A DNA stretch of 64,000 bases from Xanthobacteraceae bacterium (GTDB taxonomy: Bacteria; Pseudomonadota; Alphaproteobacteria; Rhizobiales; Xanthobacteraceae): contig DASZWK010000398.1 of the NCBI GenBank assembly GCA_035546235.1, positions 3,372 to 67,371 on the forward strand. The letters are read 5' to 3'. Positions 1 to 10,208 of the stretch are shown here, one piece after another; within the stretch, counting starts at the first letter, position 1; each line of letters starts with the position of its first letter. Made by a program: the position numbers and the translations under genes. Below the pieces are notes generated by a model, which did not search any database, was not told the DNA's origin, and worked only from the letters and a program-made list of their open reading frames with translations.

Positions 1-417
1 ATGAGCTGGCAGGAACTGGCCGAGCTTGCCGCCGATCCACTCGTGACCATCGGGGCCCATACCGTCACCCATCCGATGCTGGCAAAGCTGCCAGAGAAAG
101 GCGTGCGCTCCGAGATCGACCTGAGCCGGTCAGTGATCGAAGCGGCACTGGGCCAGCGCCCGGAACATCTGGCATTTCCGGTCGGCGACCGGACCTCGGC
201 TGGACCGCGCGAATTCGCCATCGCCGCGGAACTCGGTTTCAAGACCGCGGTGACGACGCACCCGGGCGTGCTGTTTCCCGGCCATCGCGATCGTCTCACG
301 GCGCTGCCGCGTATTTCGCTCAACGGTGAATATCAGCGCATGCGCTACGTGCGTGTGCTGCTGTCAGGCTCGGCGACCGCGGTGTGGAACGGCTTTCGCG
401 GCTTGGAAGCGGCGTGA
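1..417 (+). CDS. polysaccharide deacetylase family protein, C-terminal part (5' end outside window)
   Basis: ORF is open from the window edge to TGA 415-417. The HTVTHPML and LAFPVGD segments resemble a NodB-type deacetylase domain. Confidence 0.65.
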   Translation: MSWQELAELAADPLVTIGAHTVTHPMLAKLPEKGVRSEIDLSRSVIEAALGQRPEHLAFPVGDRTSAGPREFAIAAELGFKTAVTTHPGVLFPGHRDRLTALPRISLNGEYQRMRYVRVLLSGSATAVWNGFRGLEAA

Positions 418-432
418 GCCGAAACGTTGGAG

Positions 433-669
433 TCAGGCGCCAGGCTTTCCAGCTTCGGAATCTTGCCTCGGGCTCATCCACGCTACGATCGGCATGGCGG
501 GCAAGACCCAACCGATGCCGGCAATCACATAATAGGCGATGGACGCGACGGTGCTGTCGTGGATCGCGGGCGACTGCGCCAGCGCCATGGCGACAAGGGC
601 CCACACGATCACCAGCACGAACAGGGCTATGGTGCCGAGAAATTTTCGCAAGCGGATCGGCATGGCCAT
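433..669 (-). CDS. small two-TM membrane protein (DUF2842-like)
   Basis: 78-aa ORF with two hydrophobic helices. It sits divergently next to ctaA, as I recall for this family in alphaproteobacteria. Confidence 0.55.
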   Translation of the reverse strand: MAMPIRLRKFLGTIALFVLVIVWALVAMALAQSPAIHDSTVASIAYYVIAGIGWVLPAMPIVAWMSPRQDSEAGKPGA

Positions 670-781
670 AGGTCGTCAGCGGCTTGTGGTTTCTTGGGTG
701 CGGCGTTGCCGCTCGCAATGACGTGATTGCGGGGCAGGGGGCAGCACTATATGGTCCGCCCGTCCCACACAAGCGAGCGGC

Positions 782-1888
782 ATGACGGATATCGTTTCAG
801 CCGACGCCCGCAAGGGTGTCCAACAAACACGTGCCGTGCGGCTGTGGCTTTACGCGGTGGCCGCCATGGTGGCGGCCATGGTGCTGGTCGGCGGCGCCAC
901 GCGGCTGACCGAGTCCGGACTGTCGATCACCGAATGGCAGCCGGTGATGGGAGTTCTGCCTCCGCTGAGCCAAGCGCAGTGGCTGACCGAGTTCCACCGC
1001 TATCAGCAGATTCCGCAGTACCACGAGCTCAATTCCGGCATGAGCCTCGATGCCTTCAAGACAATATTCTGGTGGGAGTGGACGCACCGCCTGCTCGGCC
1101 GTTTGATCGGCGTCGTCTTTGCGGTCCCGTTGTTGTGGTTTCTGTGGCGCGGCTGGATCGAGCCTGGATTGCGGACGCGGCTGTGGCTGATCTTCGGGCT
1201 TGGCGCACTGCAGGGCGCCGTCGGCTGGTGGATGGTCGCTTCCGGTCTCGTGCATCGCGTCGAGGTGTCGCAATATCGGCTGGCGACGCACCTTGTGCTC
1301 GCTTGCGTCATCTACATAGCCATTCTTTGGACGGCGTTGCGGCTTGGCGAAGAACAACGGCAGGCGCCGCCCGCGCGAATTCGCGCGGCGGCTGTTGCGT
1401 TGCTCATCCTGGTGCTCGGACAGATTTATCTCGGGGCGCTCGTCGCCGGTCTGCGCGCCGGCTACGTCTACAACACCTGGCCGCTGATTGATGGCGGGCT
1501 CGTGCCTGACGCGTCGCGGCTCCTTCTTACAAAGCCGGTGTGGCGCAATTTCTTCGAGAACGCGCTCACGGTTCAGTTTGATCATCGCATGCTGGCCTAT
1601 GCGATCTGGATCGTGGCGGGATGGCATTGCGTCGATGCGCTATGGACGGCGCGGCGCGGAACGGCATGGCGCGGGGCGCTGGCGCTGTTTGTTGCCGTTA
1701 CGCTTCAAGCCTCGCTCGGCATCACGACGCTGCTGCTGGTGGTGCCGCTCCCTCTGGCGATGCTGCACCAGGCAATGGCCATCGTGGTGCTGACAATCGC
1801 CGTGGTGCATGCGGCGCGGGCGATGCAGCAGCGGGAGCGATCGGCGTTCGATGCCGCGCTGCCGTTGCCGAGGTCGTCGCGGGCTTGA
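782..1888 (+). CDS. ctaA: heme A synthase (COX15/CtaA)
   Basis: 368-aa polytopic membrane protein. The N-terminal [18 protein letters not shown] segment and His-containing helices are typical of COX15/CtaA. Confidence 0.85.
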   Translation: MTDIVSADARKGVQQTRAVRLWLYAVAAMVAAMVLVGGATRLTESGLSITEWQPVMGVLPPLSQAQWLTEFHRYQQIPQYHELNSGMSLDAFKTIFWWEWTHRLLGRLIGVVFAVPLLWFLWRGWIEPGLRTRLWLIFGLGALQGAVGWWMVASGLVHRVEVSQYRLATHLVLACVIYIAILWTALRLGEEQRQAPPARIRAAAVALLILVLGQIYLGALVAGLRAGYVYNTWPLIDGGLVPDASRLLLTKPVWRNFFENALTVQFDHRMLAYAIWIVAGWHCVDALWTARRGTAWRGALALFVAVTLQASLGITTLLLVVPLPLAMLHQAMAIVVLTIAVVHAARAMQQRERSAFDAALPLPRSSRA

Positions 1889-1915
1889 GCGAAACTGCGC
1901 GAAGGGAGAGGGCGC

Positions 1916-3199
1916 TCACGCCTCCGCCAGCGCCTCTTCCAGATCGGCGATGATATCTTCCTTGTCCTCGATGCCGATGGAGAGCCGCACCACGTCCGGG
2001 CCGGCGCCGGCCGCTGTCTTTTGCGCATCGGATAGCTGCCGGTGCGTGGTCGAGGCGGGATGGATGATCAGCGAGCGCGTGTCGCCGATATTGGCGAGGT
2101 GGGAGAACAGCTTGACGTTGGAGACGAGCTTGACGCCGGCCTCGTAGCCGCCCTTGAGACCGAAAGTGAAAACCGCGCCGGCGCCGTTCGGGCAGTATTT
2201 CTTGGCGAGATTGTAATAACGGTCACCGGCCAGCCCCGGATAGCTGACCCAGGCAACCTTGGGATGGTTGGAGATCCATTCGGCGACCGCAAACGCGTTC
2301 TCGCAGTGTTTTTGCATGCGCAGCGGCAGCGTTTCGATGCCGGTGAGAATGAGGAAGGCGTTGAACGGCGACAGTGCCGAGCCGATGTCGCGCAGCGCCA
2401 GCACCCGGCAGGCGATGGCGAAGGCGAAATTGCCGAACGTCTCGTGCAACACGATGCCTTGATATTCGGGCCGCGGCTCGCACAGCATCGGATAGCGCTT
2501 TTCGCGCGACCAGTTGAAGGTGCCGCCGTCGACGATCATGCCGCCGATCGAATTGCCGTGACCGCCGAGAAATTTTGTCAGCGAATGTACGACAATGTCG
2601 GCGCCGAACTTGAACGGCTTGCACAGATACGGCGTGGCGAGCGTATTGTCGACGATGTAGGGCACGCCGGCACGGCGCGCGATCTCGGCGACCGCCGCCA
2701 TATCGGTGACGACGCCCCCCGGATTGGCGATCGACTCGGTGAAGATTGCTTTGGTCTTTGGCGAAATCGCGCGCTCAAAGGAAGATATGTCGTCGGGGTC
2801 GGCCCACACCACGTTCCAGCCGAAGTTTTTGAACGCGTGATTGAATTGATTGATCGAGCCGCCATAGAGCTTTTTCGAGGCGACGAATTCGTCGCCCGGC
2901 TGCAGGAGGCAGTGAAACACCATGACCTGAGCCGCGTGACCCGACGCGGTGGCGAGCCCCGCGGTGCCGCCCTCGAGCGCGGCGACGCGTTCTTCCAGCA
3001 CCGCACAAGTTGGATTGCCGATCCGTGTGTAGATGTTGCCGAAGGTCTGCAGCCCGAACAGCGACGCGGCGTGGTCGACGCTTTCGAACACGAATGATGT
3101 GGTCTGATAGATCGGCGTGGCGCGGGCGCCGGTGGTCGGATCCGGCTGCGCCCCGGCGTGGACCGCAAGCGTCGAAAACCCCGGTATGCGTTCGGTCAT
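1916..3199 (-). CDS. metY: O-acetylhomoserine aminocarboxypropyltransferase (sulfhydrylase), PLP-dependent
   Basis: Cys/Met-metabolism PLP enzyme with the Lys motif SLTKFLGGHG. I prefer ATG 3199 (MTERIPGF), which has an AAGGAA SD, over the track start at 3235. Confidence 0.85.
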   Translation of the reverse strand: MTERIPGFSTLAVHAGAQPDPTTGARATPIYQTTSFVFESVDHAASLFGLQTFGNIYTRIGNPTCAVLEERVAALEGGTAGLATASGHAAQVMVFHCLLQPGDEFVASKKLYGGSINQFNHAFKNFGWNVVWADPDDISSFERAISPKTKAIFTESIANPGGVVTDMAAVAEIARRAGVPYIVDNTLATPYLCKPFKFGADIVVHSLTKFLGGHGNSIGGMIVDGGTFNWSREKRYPMLCEPRPEYQGIVLHETFGNFAFAIACRVLALRDIGSALSPFNAFLILTGIETLPLRMQKHCENAFAVAEWISNHPKVAWVSYPGLAGDRYYNLAKKYCPNGAGAVFTFGLKGGYEAGVKLVSNVKLFSHLANIGDTRSLIIHPASTTHRQLSDAQKTAAGAGPDVVRLSIGIEDKEDIIADLEEALAEA

Positions 3200-3355
3200 G
3201 TCGCCGTTCCTTTTGCTCGGATGCGCGGGATGCACGCGCGCGCACCAACGTGCGTCCGGTTTATAGGACGTGCCAGGGCCGTCAAGGCGCCGGAAAGGGT
3301 TGGCGTTGAAGCGGAACGGTCGCGCTAAACAAGTCCCGCAACGCGGAAAATCCTG

Positions 3356-3592
3356 CTACCGCTTCTCTTTGAAATGGGACAGCGCGACGCGGCAGGCCTT
3401 CGAAATGACCCGCCGATTGCTCTGCAGACAATGGGCGACTCGTTCGCGGTCAGGAAAGAATTGCGAGCAGTGCGTCTGTGCGTCCTGCATACAGGCGTCG
3501 CGGTCCGCTTGCTCGTCGGCGCGCGCCGCGGCGGGCGCGAATGCGAGGCCAATGAGACCGAGAAACACCAAGGCACGAAGTTGTGCGGCCAA
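3356..3592 (-). CDS. small secreted Cys-containing protein, function unknown
   Basis: 78-aa ORF with signal peptide (LAFAPAAARA/DE) and 4 Cys. I recognise no family. Confidence 0.4.
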   Translation of the reverse strand: MAAQLRALVFLGLIGLAFAPAAARADEQADRDACMQDAQTHCSQFFPDRERVAHCLQSNRRVISKACRVALSHFKEKR

Positions 3593-3688
3593 GACCAGCC
3601 CCCTTTTTTGCGTTGATCAAGAACAGCCCATAGTGGCCGTACCGAGGGGTGATGGCCGATTTGCGGCAGCCTGTGGAGGGCACTGAGC

Positions 3689-4276
3689 CTACCGGCCGGT
3701 CTCCTTGCGCTGGGCCTGGTCGGCGGCCTCGGTGGTGCCGCCCTGGGCGGTGGTATGATTGAGCGTCATGCGCTGGACGCCGCCGATCGTCGCCTTCCTT
3801 GAGCTGATGGTGCGGGTGTTGACCCCCATCCAGGCGATTTCCGACGACAGCCGGCCGTATTCGATCTTAGGGCACCGGTTCATCACGACTTTCATGCCGT
3901 TGGCCTCGGCCAACGCCGCCGCCTCGTCATTGCGGATGCCCAGTTGCATCCAGACCACTTGCGGCCTTGGATTGAGCGCCAACGCTTCCTGCACGACGGG
4001 CAGCGCGTATTGCGAGGCGCGGAAGATATCCACCATGTCGACGGCTTCGGAGATGTCGGACAGCCGCGCGTAAATGCGCTGACCGAGCATCTGTTCGCCG
4101 GCATGGCCGGGATTGACCGGGATCATCTTGTAGCCGCGCTCGAGCAGATATTTGAAAGCGAAATAGCTCGGGCGGTTTTCTTTCTCCGAGGCGCCGACCA
4201 TGGCGATGGTCTTTACCGTGTTGAGGATGCCGCGGATGTAAGTATCGGGATAGGAGTCGTGGTTGATCGCGGTCAT
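3689..4276 (-). CDS. CoA-binding domain protein (YccU-like)
   Basis: The IAMVGASEKENRPSYF...GYKMIPVNP segment is a Rossmann-like CoA-binding domain signature. Confidence 0.75.
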   Translation of the reverse strand: MTAINHDSYPDTYIRGILNTVKTIAMVGASEKENRPSYFAFKYLLERGYKMIPVNPGHAGEQMLGQRIYARLSDISEAVDMVDIFRASQYALPVVQEALALNPRPQVVWMQLGIRNDEAAALAEANGMKVVMNRCPKIEYGRLSSEIAWMGVNTRTISSRKATIGGVQRMTLNHTTAQGGTTEAADQAQRKETGR

Positions 4277-4280
4277 AGAC

Positions 4281-5195
4281 TCAGCGGTTTTCCCAGTTCG
4301 GCCGGCGCTTGTCGATGAAGGCTGAAATTCCTTCCTCGGCGTCGCGCGCCATCATGTTCTCGACCATGACTTCGGACGCATATTTGTACGCTTCGGCGAG
4401 CGGCATTTCGATCTGCTGGTAAAACGCCTGCTTGCCGATCTTGAGCGTGAGGGCGGATTTGGCGGTGATTTTCTTCGCCAGATCGAGCGCGGCTTCGCGC
4501 TCGCTGCCCGGTTCGACCACGTGATTGACGAGGCCGAAACGGGCTGCATCTTCAGCAGAGATCGGCTCGCCGGTAAGCAGCATCTCCATGGCTTGCTTGC
4601 GCGCCACGTTGCGTGACAGCGCGACCATCGGGGTTGAACAGAACAGCCCGATATTGACGCCGGGGGTGGCGAATTTCGATGCGCGCGAGGCGACCGCGAG
4701 ATCACAGCTCGCCACGAGTTGGCAGCCGGCCGCGGTCGCTGTGCCTTGCACAGCCGCGATAACGGGCTGCGGCAGCATGACGATCTGCTGCATCACCCCG
4801 CTGCACAGCCCCATGATGTGCTTGAAATAAGCGCGCCCGCGGTCCGGATCGGTTCGGCGCGCATTGAGCTCCTTGAGATCATGGCCGGCCGAAAAAGCGG
4901 GTCCGTTGGCCGTGACGACCACGGCGCGAACGTTTCGGTCTTGCGCGACTGCGGAGAGGGCGTCGCTAAGGGCCTTGAGCATCCCTTCGGAGAGGCTGTT
5001 GCGGGCTGCCGGCCGGTTCAGCGTCAGCACGACAACGCCTGAAATATCCTCGCGAATTAAGATTTGTTCGGGGGCATTTGCAGCGAGGGCAGCAGAGCCG
5101 GGAGCCTTGGCGGAATTCACGGTGCGCATCCGGGGTTTTGGCGATTGCTCGCGGACATTGTATCTGATCAGGCGAGCCAGAGGAGCATTGGCCAT
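4281..5195 (-). CDS. enoyl-CoA hydratase/isomerase family protein
   Basis: Crotonase fold motifs (LNRPAARNSL, FSAGHDLKE, GTATAAGCQL). The start is uncertain because of an N-terminal extension. Confidence 0.8.
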   Translation of the reverse strand: MANAPLARLIRYNVREQSPKPRMRTVNSAKAPGSAALAANAPEQILIREDISGVVVLTLNRPAARNSLSEGMLKALSDALSAVAQDRNVRAVVVTANGPAFSAGHDLKELNARRTDPDRGRAYFKHIMGLCSGVMQQIVMLPQPVIAAVQGTATAAGCQLVASCDLAVASRASKFATPGVNIGLFCSTPMVALSRNVARKQAMEMLLTGEPISAEDAARFGLVNHVVEPGSEREAALDLAKKITAKSALTLKIGKQAFYQQIEMPLAEAYKYASEVMVENMMARDAEEGISAFIDKRRPNWENR

Positions 5196-5664
5196 GTCAA
5201 GACAGGAGATGGCGGGGAAGGGGACATTTCACGACATGGCGCCGCCGAAGCTCACGCGCAAGGCGCTTGAGGAGCGCCTGCGCGCCGAATTTCCCGAAAT
5301 GTTCAATGCCGAGAGCGGCTATACGCTCGAAAAGTTGTGGTTCGGTGGCTGCCGGGCGCGCCGGCACTATCACCCGAGGACGCTGCGCCCAGGCGGCACG
5401 GTTTCCGGCCCGATCATGATGGCGCTGGCCGATTTCACCATGTATCTCGCCGTGCTTTCGGCCATCGGCTGGGTGCCGCTCGCGGTCACAACGAATTTTT
5501 CCATCAATTTCCTGCGAAAACCCGCGCCGCGCGATGTCTTCGCGGAGGCCCGGCTGATCAAACTTGGCAAGCGGCTGGTGGTCGGCGAAATCGGCCTTTA
5601 CTCGGACGGCGACGACGACATGGTGGCCCATGCCACCTCCACCTATTCAATCCCGGTAAAATAA
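5194..5664 (+). CDS. PaaI-family hotdog thioesterase
   Basis: The internal ATG 5194 gives a 156-aa protein. The [15 protein letters not shown]...GKRLVVGE pattern is typical of PaaI/YdiI thioesterases. The longer track ORF overlaps the antisense gene. Confidence 0.7.
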   Translation: MSRQEMAGKGTFHDMAPPKLTRKALEERLRAEFPEMFNAESGYTLEKLWFGGCRARRHYHPRTLRPGGTVSGPIMMALADFTMYLAVLSAIGWVPLAVTTNFSINFLRKPAPRDVFAEARLIKLGKRLVVGEIGLYSDGDDDMVAHATSTYSIPVK

Positions 5665-5813
5665 TACCTCTAACGCAAACATCTGAATTAATGCGAAAAT
5701 CGCCGCTCTATTGCATTGACGCTCAAGGGCCGCCCCGCTACATAGCAGCCGCGGCGCCGCTCAGAGCAGGCCGAATTCCGCACAGGGATATTGTTTCCAA
5801 ACGGGTGCTGACG

Positions 5814-6278
5814 ATGAAAACCTTTTCGGCCAAGCCCGCCGAGGTCGACAAGAAATGGGTCATGATCGACGCCGAGGGGCTCGTCGTCGGTCGTCTTGCG
5901 TCGATCGTGGCGTTACGGCTGCGAGGCAAGCATAAGCCGACATTTACCCCGCACGTCGACTGCGGCGACAACGTCATCGTCGTCAACGCCGCCAAGGCGG
6001 TGCTGACCGGGCGCAAGGTCGAACAGAAAGTCTACTACAAACACACCGGCTACATCGGCGGCATCAAGGAGCGCACGGCAAAATCGATCCTGGCCGGCCG
6101 CTTCCCCGAGCGCATTGTCGAAAAGGCGGTGGAGCGCATGCTGCCGCGCGGCCCGCTCGGTCGCCGTCAGCTCGCGAATTTGCGGGTTTATCCGCAGGCC
6201 GAACATCCGCATGCGGCGCAACAGCCGGAAAAGGTCGATGTTGCCGCGATGAACCGCAAGAACAAGAGGACCGCGTGA
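5814..6278 (+). CDS. rplM: 50S ribosomal protein L13
   Basis: [18 protein letters not shown]...[10 protein letters not shown] is unmistakably L13. ATG 5814. Confidence 0.95.
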   Translation: MKTFSAKPAEVDKKWVMIDAEGLVVGRLASIVALRLRGKHKPTFTPHVDCGDNVIVVNAAKAVLTGRKVEQKVYYKHTGYIGGIKERTAKSILAGRFPERIVEKAVERMLPRGPLGRRQLANLRVYPQAEHPHAAQQPEKVDVAAMNRKNKRTA

Positions 6279-6757
6279 TGGCGGAGACGATTCAAACGCT
6301 CGAAGAGCTATCCACGCTCAAGCCCGCGGCGGCGCCGGCGGCGCCCAAATACGTACAGAAGCTCGACAAACAAGGCCGCGCCTACGCGACCGGCAAGCGC
6401 AAGGACGCCGTGGCGCGCGTGTGGGTCAAGATGGGCGCCGGCCAGATCGTCATCAACAACAAGCCGGTGGAAACCTATTTCGCCCGGCCTGTGCTGCGCA
6501 TGCTGATCCAGCAGCCGCTGGTCACCGCCAACCGCCAGGGTCAGTACGATGTCTATTGCACGGTTTCAGGCGGCGGGCTGTCAGGCCAGGCCGGTGCGGT
6601 GCGCCACGGCCTTTCAAAAGCGCTGACGCGCTACGAGCCGGACCTGCGCGGCCCGCTTAAGCACGGCGGCTTCTTGACTCGTGACGCGCGCGTGGTCGAG
6701 CGCAAAAAGTACGGCAAGGCCAAAGCGCGGCGCAGCTTCCAGTTCTCGAAGCGGTAA
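6275..6757 (+). CDS. rpsI: 30S ribosomal protein S9
   Basis: [17 protein letters not shown]...[16 protein letters not shown]. The start overlaps the rplM stop (ATGA). Confidence 0.95.
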   Translation: MMAETIQTLEELSTLKPAAAPAAPKYVQKLDKQGRAYATGKRKDAVARVWVKMGAGQIVINNKPVETYFARPVLRMLIQQPLVTANRQGQYDVYCTVSGGGLSGQAGAVRHGLSKALTRYEPDLRGPLKHGGFLTRDARVVERKKYGKAKARRSFQFSKR

Positions 6758-6765
6758 TTTGCACG

Positions 6766-6839
6766 GTCATGCCGGGTCACGGGCGAAGCCCGTGGGCCCG
6801 GAATGCATATTTGCCGCTGCCGCGGCAATCCGGAATGAC
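6766..6839. repeat. short inverted-repeat element, possibly a truncated relative of the GTCATTCCGG...CCGGAATGAC family
   Basis: GTCATGCCGGG..GAAGC..CCCGGAATGCAT...TCCGGAATGAC lies directly after the rpsI stop. It resembles the termini of the copies at 45284 and 56057. Confidence 0.35.
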
Positions 6840-6859
6840 GATGAGAAAATGCGCGCCGC

Positions 6860-7429
6860 CTATCTGGCGAACAGCGCCATTGCCTCGTCCGCCAGAACGC
6901 CGCCGGTAATGTCGATCGGCGCGAAGGGCGCCTTGGCCGCCAGATCTTTACTCGAAAGCATGATCTGGTCGATCCTGGTTGCAAGCTGCGCCACCGAGGC
7001 GGCAAAGACGAGCCGGCCAACATGGCACCACAGGATTGCGCCCATGCACATCGCGCACGGTTCGCCCGATGTGTAGAGCGTGCTGCCCTTGAGCGACGCT
7101 CTGCCGTGCGTGGCAAGACAGCGGTGGATCGCAACCATCTCGCCGTGCGCGGTCGGATCGTCGGTTTGACGGCCGAGATTGCGCCCGCGGGCAAGAACAT
7201 GGCCGCCACGCACGATCACGGCGCCGAATGGAAAATCCGCGCGCCGGGCCTCGGCGATGGCAATGCGCATGAAGCGTTCGTCTTCGGCGTTCGAGGGCGC
7301 CGTAACCGTCGCCCGCGTCTCGGCCCGTATCGGCGCCGGCAGCAACGTCGCGCCCGCAAGCGCGGTCACGACCGCGCGGCGGTTTGGCCGGTAGCCCACG
7401 CAGTCTTCATCGCACTGCCCGTGCGTCAT
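6860..7429 (-). CDS. CMP/dCMP-type zinc deaminase (nucleoside/guanine deaminase-like) with Tat-like N-terminus
   Basis: HGEMVAI and PCAMC zinc-binding motifs. The N-terminus NRRAVVTALAGATLLPAPIRA resembles a twin-arginine signal. Confidence 0.75.
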   Translation of the reverse strand: MTHGQCDEDCVGYRPNRRAVVTALAGATLLPAPIRAETRATVTAPSNAEDERFMRIAIAEARRADFPFGAVIVRGGHVLARGRNLGRQTDDPTAHGEMVAIHRCLATHGRASLKGSTLYTSGEPCAMCMGAILWCHVGRLVFAASVAQLATRIDQIMLSSKDLAAKAPFAPIDITGGVLADEAMALFAR

Positions 7430-7450
7430 GCGGTCAACTCATCAGTGGGA

Positions 7451-8284
7451 TCAGAAAAACGCCAAGGTGCGGATTTCGATGCTTTCGCGCGGGCGTGCGT
7501 GCGGCGGCGTGGTCGGGTCTTCGAACGCGGTGTGCGCTGTCCAGCGGGCGCGGCCATCTTTCATCGAGTCGAACACCTTGAACACGTAGGCTTCCTCGCG
7601 GCGCATGCGCGGGAACCAGAACCATTTGTGCGCCGGGTTGTATTTGATTGCGTAGGTCTGGCCGATACGTCCGGGCGCTCGCCGCTCAGAGATGATCATG
7701 TCGGCGGGAGACAGCGTCCGCGCATCCGCCATGGCGAGCGGGTAGGTTTCGACCGGATACCGGATCGGGCGCCAAGCCTGGATGATGGCGAAGCGGCGCT
7801 GCAACAGATCCTCGGCTTCGTCAGGCAAGATGTCCCGGACGCGCTGCGGCGCCGACCATTCAGTGTAGTCGTTATGGACGCGGCGCACGACTTCGCGAAT
7901 TTGCTTCGACTCGCGCAGCTCATCGTCTGCAGTGCGCAACGTGTGATCGAACACGACGACGCGTTTGGCGCCGCTCTCGGCTTTGATCAGCTCGACCATT
8001 TCCGGGTAGTAGACGCGCTTGATCTCGTCCTCATCGTAGAAATCGGCAACCTTGGTGTCGTGGCGTACGAAGCGGAAGCCGTTCTTCTCCAGCACGAAGT
8101 CGTTGGCGTGCGGTCGGCCGTTGTGGATCGTGACGCGGTGCGGGTCGGGCGTGGCCCCGGAGCGCGTGTCGCTGCCGCCGGGTGCGGCCACGATGGTGAA
8201 GACAGGCTTGCCGTCGTCGACGATGTAATTGAGTGTCGCTTCGATCGTATCCGGTGCGACATCGAGTTCTGCGGTTTGGGCCAT
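7451..8284 (-). CDS. CmcJ/NvfI-like oxygenase family protein (tentative)
   Basis: 277-aa soluble protein. The family call rests on my recollection of similar sequences and was not verified. Confidence 0.45.
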   Translation of the reverse strand: MAQTAELDVAPDTIEATLNYIVDDGKPVFTIVAAPGGSDTRSGATPDPHRVTIHNGRPHANDFVLEKNGFRFVRHDTKVADFYDEDEIKRVYYPEMVELIKAESGAKRVVVFDHTLRTADDELRESKQIREVVRRVHNDYTEWSAPQRVRDILPDEAEDLLQRRFAIIQAWRPIRYPVETYPLAMADARTLSPADMIISERRAPGRIGQTYAIKYNPAHKWFWFPRMRREEAYVFKVFDSMKDGRARWTAHTAFEDPTTPPHARPRESIEIRTLAFF

Positions 8285-8477
8285 CGAGGCACTCCACTGT
8301 CTGTCGCAACAATCTAGGCGCGGCCGGCAGTCAAGTGAAGGGCCGCTTAGGCCGATCGCTCAAATTCAGGGCTCCGCTTTTACCCGCCGGCAGTCCTGAT
8401 CGCGGAAACGATTCCGAAGTAACCCCTACGGAACGCTTGACCCATAGCGTGCGCCGGTCAATTTCGGTGGGCGATCC

Positions 8478-8699
8478 ATGCATCTCGACATGCAAACCCT
8501 CTCTGTGGTGACGGTCTTTGTTACGGCACTGCTGGGGGCTCTGCTGATCTTTGCCGGATTGCAGAACCGGAGCATTCTTGCCCCGATGTGGTGGGCATTG
8601 ATGCCGCTGGCGCACTGCGTCCTGAGCCTTCACGGCCGGCGCAATGTCCAAGTGCGGCTGCGCCGAAGAATGCATGGCCGGCAATTTCCGGCAGGGTGA
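8478..8699 (+). pseudogene. decayed N-terminal fragment paralogous to the downstream GGDEF membrane protein
   Basis: The fragment LDMQTLSVVTVFVTALLGALLIFAGLQNRSILAPMWW aligns at roughly half identity with LDIGTLFVIATCVTSLLGVFLLFAYLQDRITALAWW of the 8843 gene. It stops after 73 codons. Confidence 0.4.
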
Positions 8700-8842
8700 T
8701 TGGCGACATTTGCAATTTTCCGGAATTTTCACAAAAAATCGCTGCTTGCCTCGAATGTTTGGCAAAGCCTGAATTGAGAACGCCCACTACGGCGCGGCGA
8801 TCGGTGATAGGTAGTTTTGCGTAGTGCTGGTGAGGAGCACCT

Positions 8843-10135
8843 ATGCTGCCCCGTCTCGCCGAAGCGTCGAGTTCGCTCGACATCGGAACGCTATTCGTCA
8901 TCGCCACCTGCGTGACGTCGCTGCTCGGCGTGTTCCTGCTATTTGCTTACCTGCAGGATCGTATCACGGCCCTCGCCTGGTGGGGCGCAGCCTATCTGAT
9001 CGGCGCCTCGTCAGGCGCGATCTGGCGGCTGGGCGATCAGATTTCGCCGCCCGTGCCGCAAGGTACCGCCAATATTCTTCTGTTTGTCGCAGTCGGCATG
9101 ATCTGGAGCGCCGCGCGATTGTTTCACGGCCGCCGCATCTCCTGGCCCGGCATGTTCGCCGGCGCGGGCGCGTGGCTTGCGGCATGCAGCGCTCCGGATA
9201 TCGCGAATTCGCCCGGTTACCGGGTGATCGTCAGTTCTCTGATCGTTGCCACCTATACATTCATGATCGCGGCCGAGCTGTGGCGCGAACGGCGCAAGCC
9301 ACTGATCAAGCGCTGGCCGGCGATCTTCGTGCCGATGCTGCATGGCGCCATCTTTCTGTTCCCGATGGCGCTCGCCAGCTTGTCGTTCGATCTCGACGGC
9401 AGCCGCAATCCCGCCACGGGATGGGCCGCGGTGTTCGCCATCGAGGTGGTGCTTTACGTCGTCGGCGCCGCCTTCATCGTGCTGGTGTTGGCCAAGGACC
9501 GTGCGGTGCGCGCCTACAAGGTGGCGGCGGCGACCGACATGCTGACAGGCCTGCTCAACCGCCGGGGATTCTTCGAATCGGCCGCCGATGTCGTATCGGT
9601 CAGCAAGTCCTCAAAGCGGCCGGTGAGCGTGCTCGCCTTCGATCTCGATCATTTCAAGTCGATCAACGACAATTTCGGCCATGCCATGGGCGACACGATG
9701 CTGCAACTGTTTGCAAGCGTCGCGCGCAAGACCATGCGGTCGAACGACGTGATCGGCCGGCTGGGCGGCGAGGAGTTCGTCGCGGTATTGTCGGGCACGC
9801 AGGCCGAGGCCGGTATCGCCGCCGAACGCGTGCGCGCCGCATTCGAGACGGCTACGCTCGATCCCAAGAGCCAGGGCGTTCGGGCAACCGTCAGCATCGG
9901 GGTGGCGTGCGGCACGACCGATACTGCCATCGACCAGCTCATCACGCGTGCCGACGCGGCGCTTTACCGGGCCAAAGCGAACGGCCGCAATCGCATCGAA
10001 TTTGCCGATGAAACGCAGCAGGGTTCGCGGGCCTCGGCGCCAGTCGTCAGCCTCCAGGCCGTTCGCGACCGGCTCACGCAGTCGCTTTCGGACCAGCCTC
10101 AGCCGGCCCCGATCGTCGTGCGGCGGGGCAGCTAA
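8843..10135 (+). CDS. diguanylate cyclase (GGDEF) with N-terminal multi-TM sensor domain
   Basis: The C-terminus carries DHFKSINDNFGH...RLGGEEF (GGEEF active site). The N-terminal 200 aa are hydrophobic helices. Confidence 0.85.
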   Translation: MLPRLAEASSSLDIGTLFVIATCVTSLLGVFLLFAYLQDRITALAWWGAAYLIGASSGAIWRLGDQISPPVPQGTANILLFVAVGMIWSAARLFHGRRISWPGMFAGAGAWLAACSAPDIANSPGYRVIVSSLIVATYTFMIAAELWRERRKPLIKRWPAIFVPMLHGAIFLFPMALASLSFDLDGSRNPATGWAAVFAIEVVLYVVGAAFIVLVLAKDRAVRAYKVAAATDMLTGLLNRRGFFESAADVVSVSKSSKRPVSVLAFDLDHFKSINDNFGHAMGDTMLQLFASVARKTMRSNDVIGRLGGEEFVAVLSGTQAEAGIAAERVRAAFETATLDPKSQGVRATVSIGVACGTTDTAIDQLITRADAALYRAKANGRNRIEFADETQQGSRASAPVVSLQAVRDRLTQSLSDQPQPAPIVVRRGS

Positions 10136-10181
10136 GGCCTGCCTCGATCGAGGCTGCAATCTTCCGCAAGATCCTTGCAAG

Positions 10182-10208
10182 AAAAAGGGCGCCGACAGTG
10201 CGGCGCCC
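10182..10208 (-). terminator. intrinsic terminator downstream of glnA (possibly bidirectional)
   Basis: GGGCGCCG-loop-CGGCGCCC hairpin followed on the minus strand by TTTTT. It lies between the convergent GGDEF gene and glnA. A second perfect 10-bp palindrome, TTGCATTGCC-TGA-GGCAATGCAA, sits at 10214-10236. Confidence 0.6.

Noticed and set aside
3200-3330. A SAM-II/SAM-type riboswitch upstream of metY.
   Set aside because: The roughly 60-nt leader lacks the conserved AAAGCU pseudoknot core. It only shows a CTTGAC...TATAAA promoter-like pair with short spacing.
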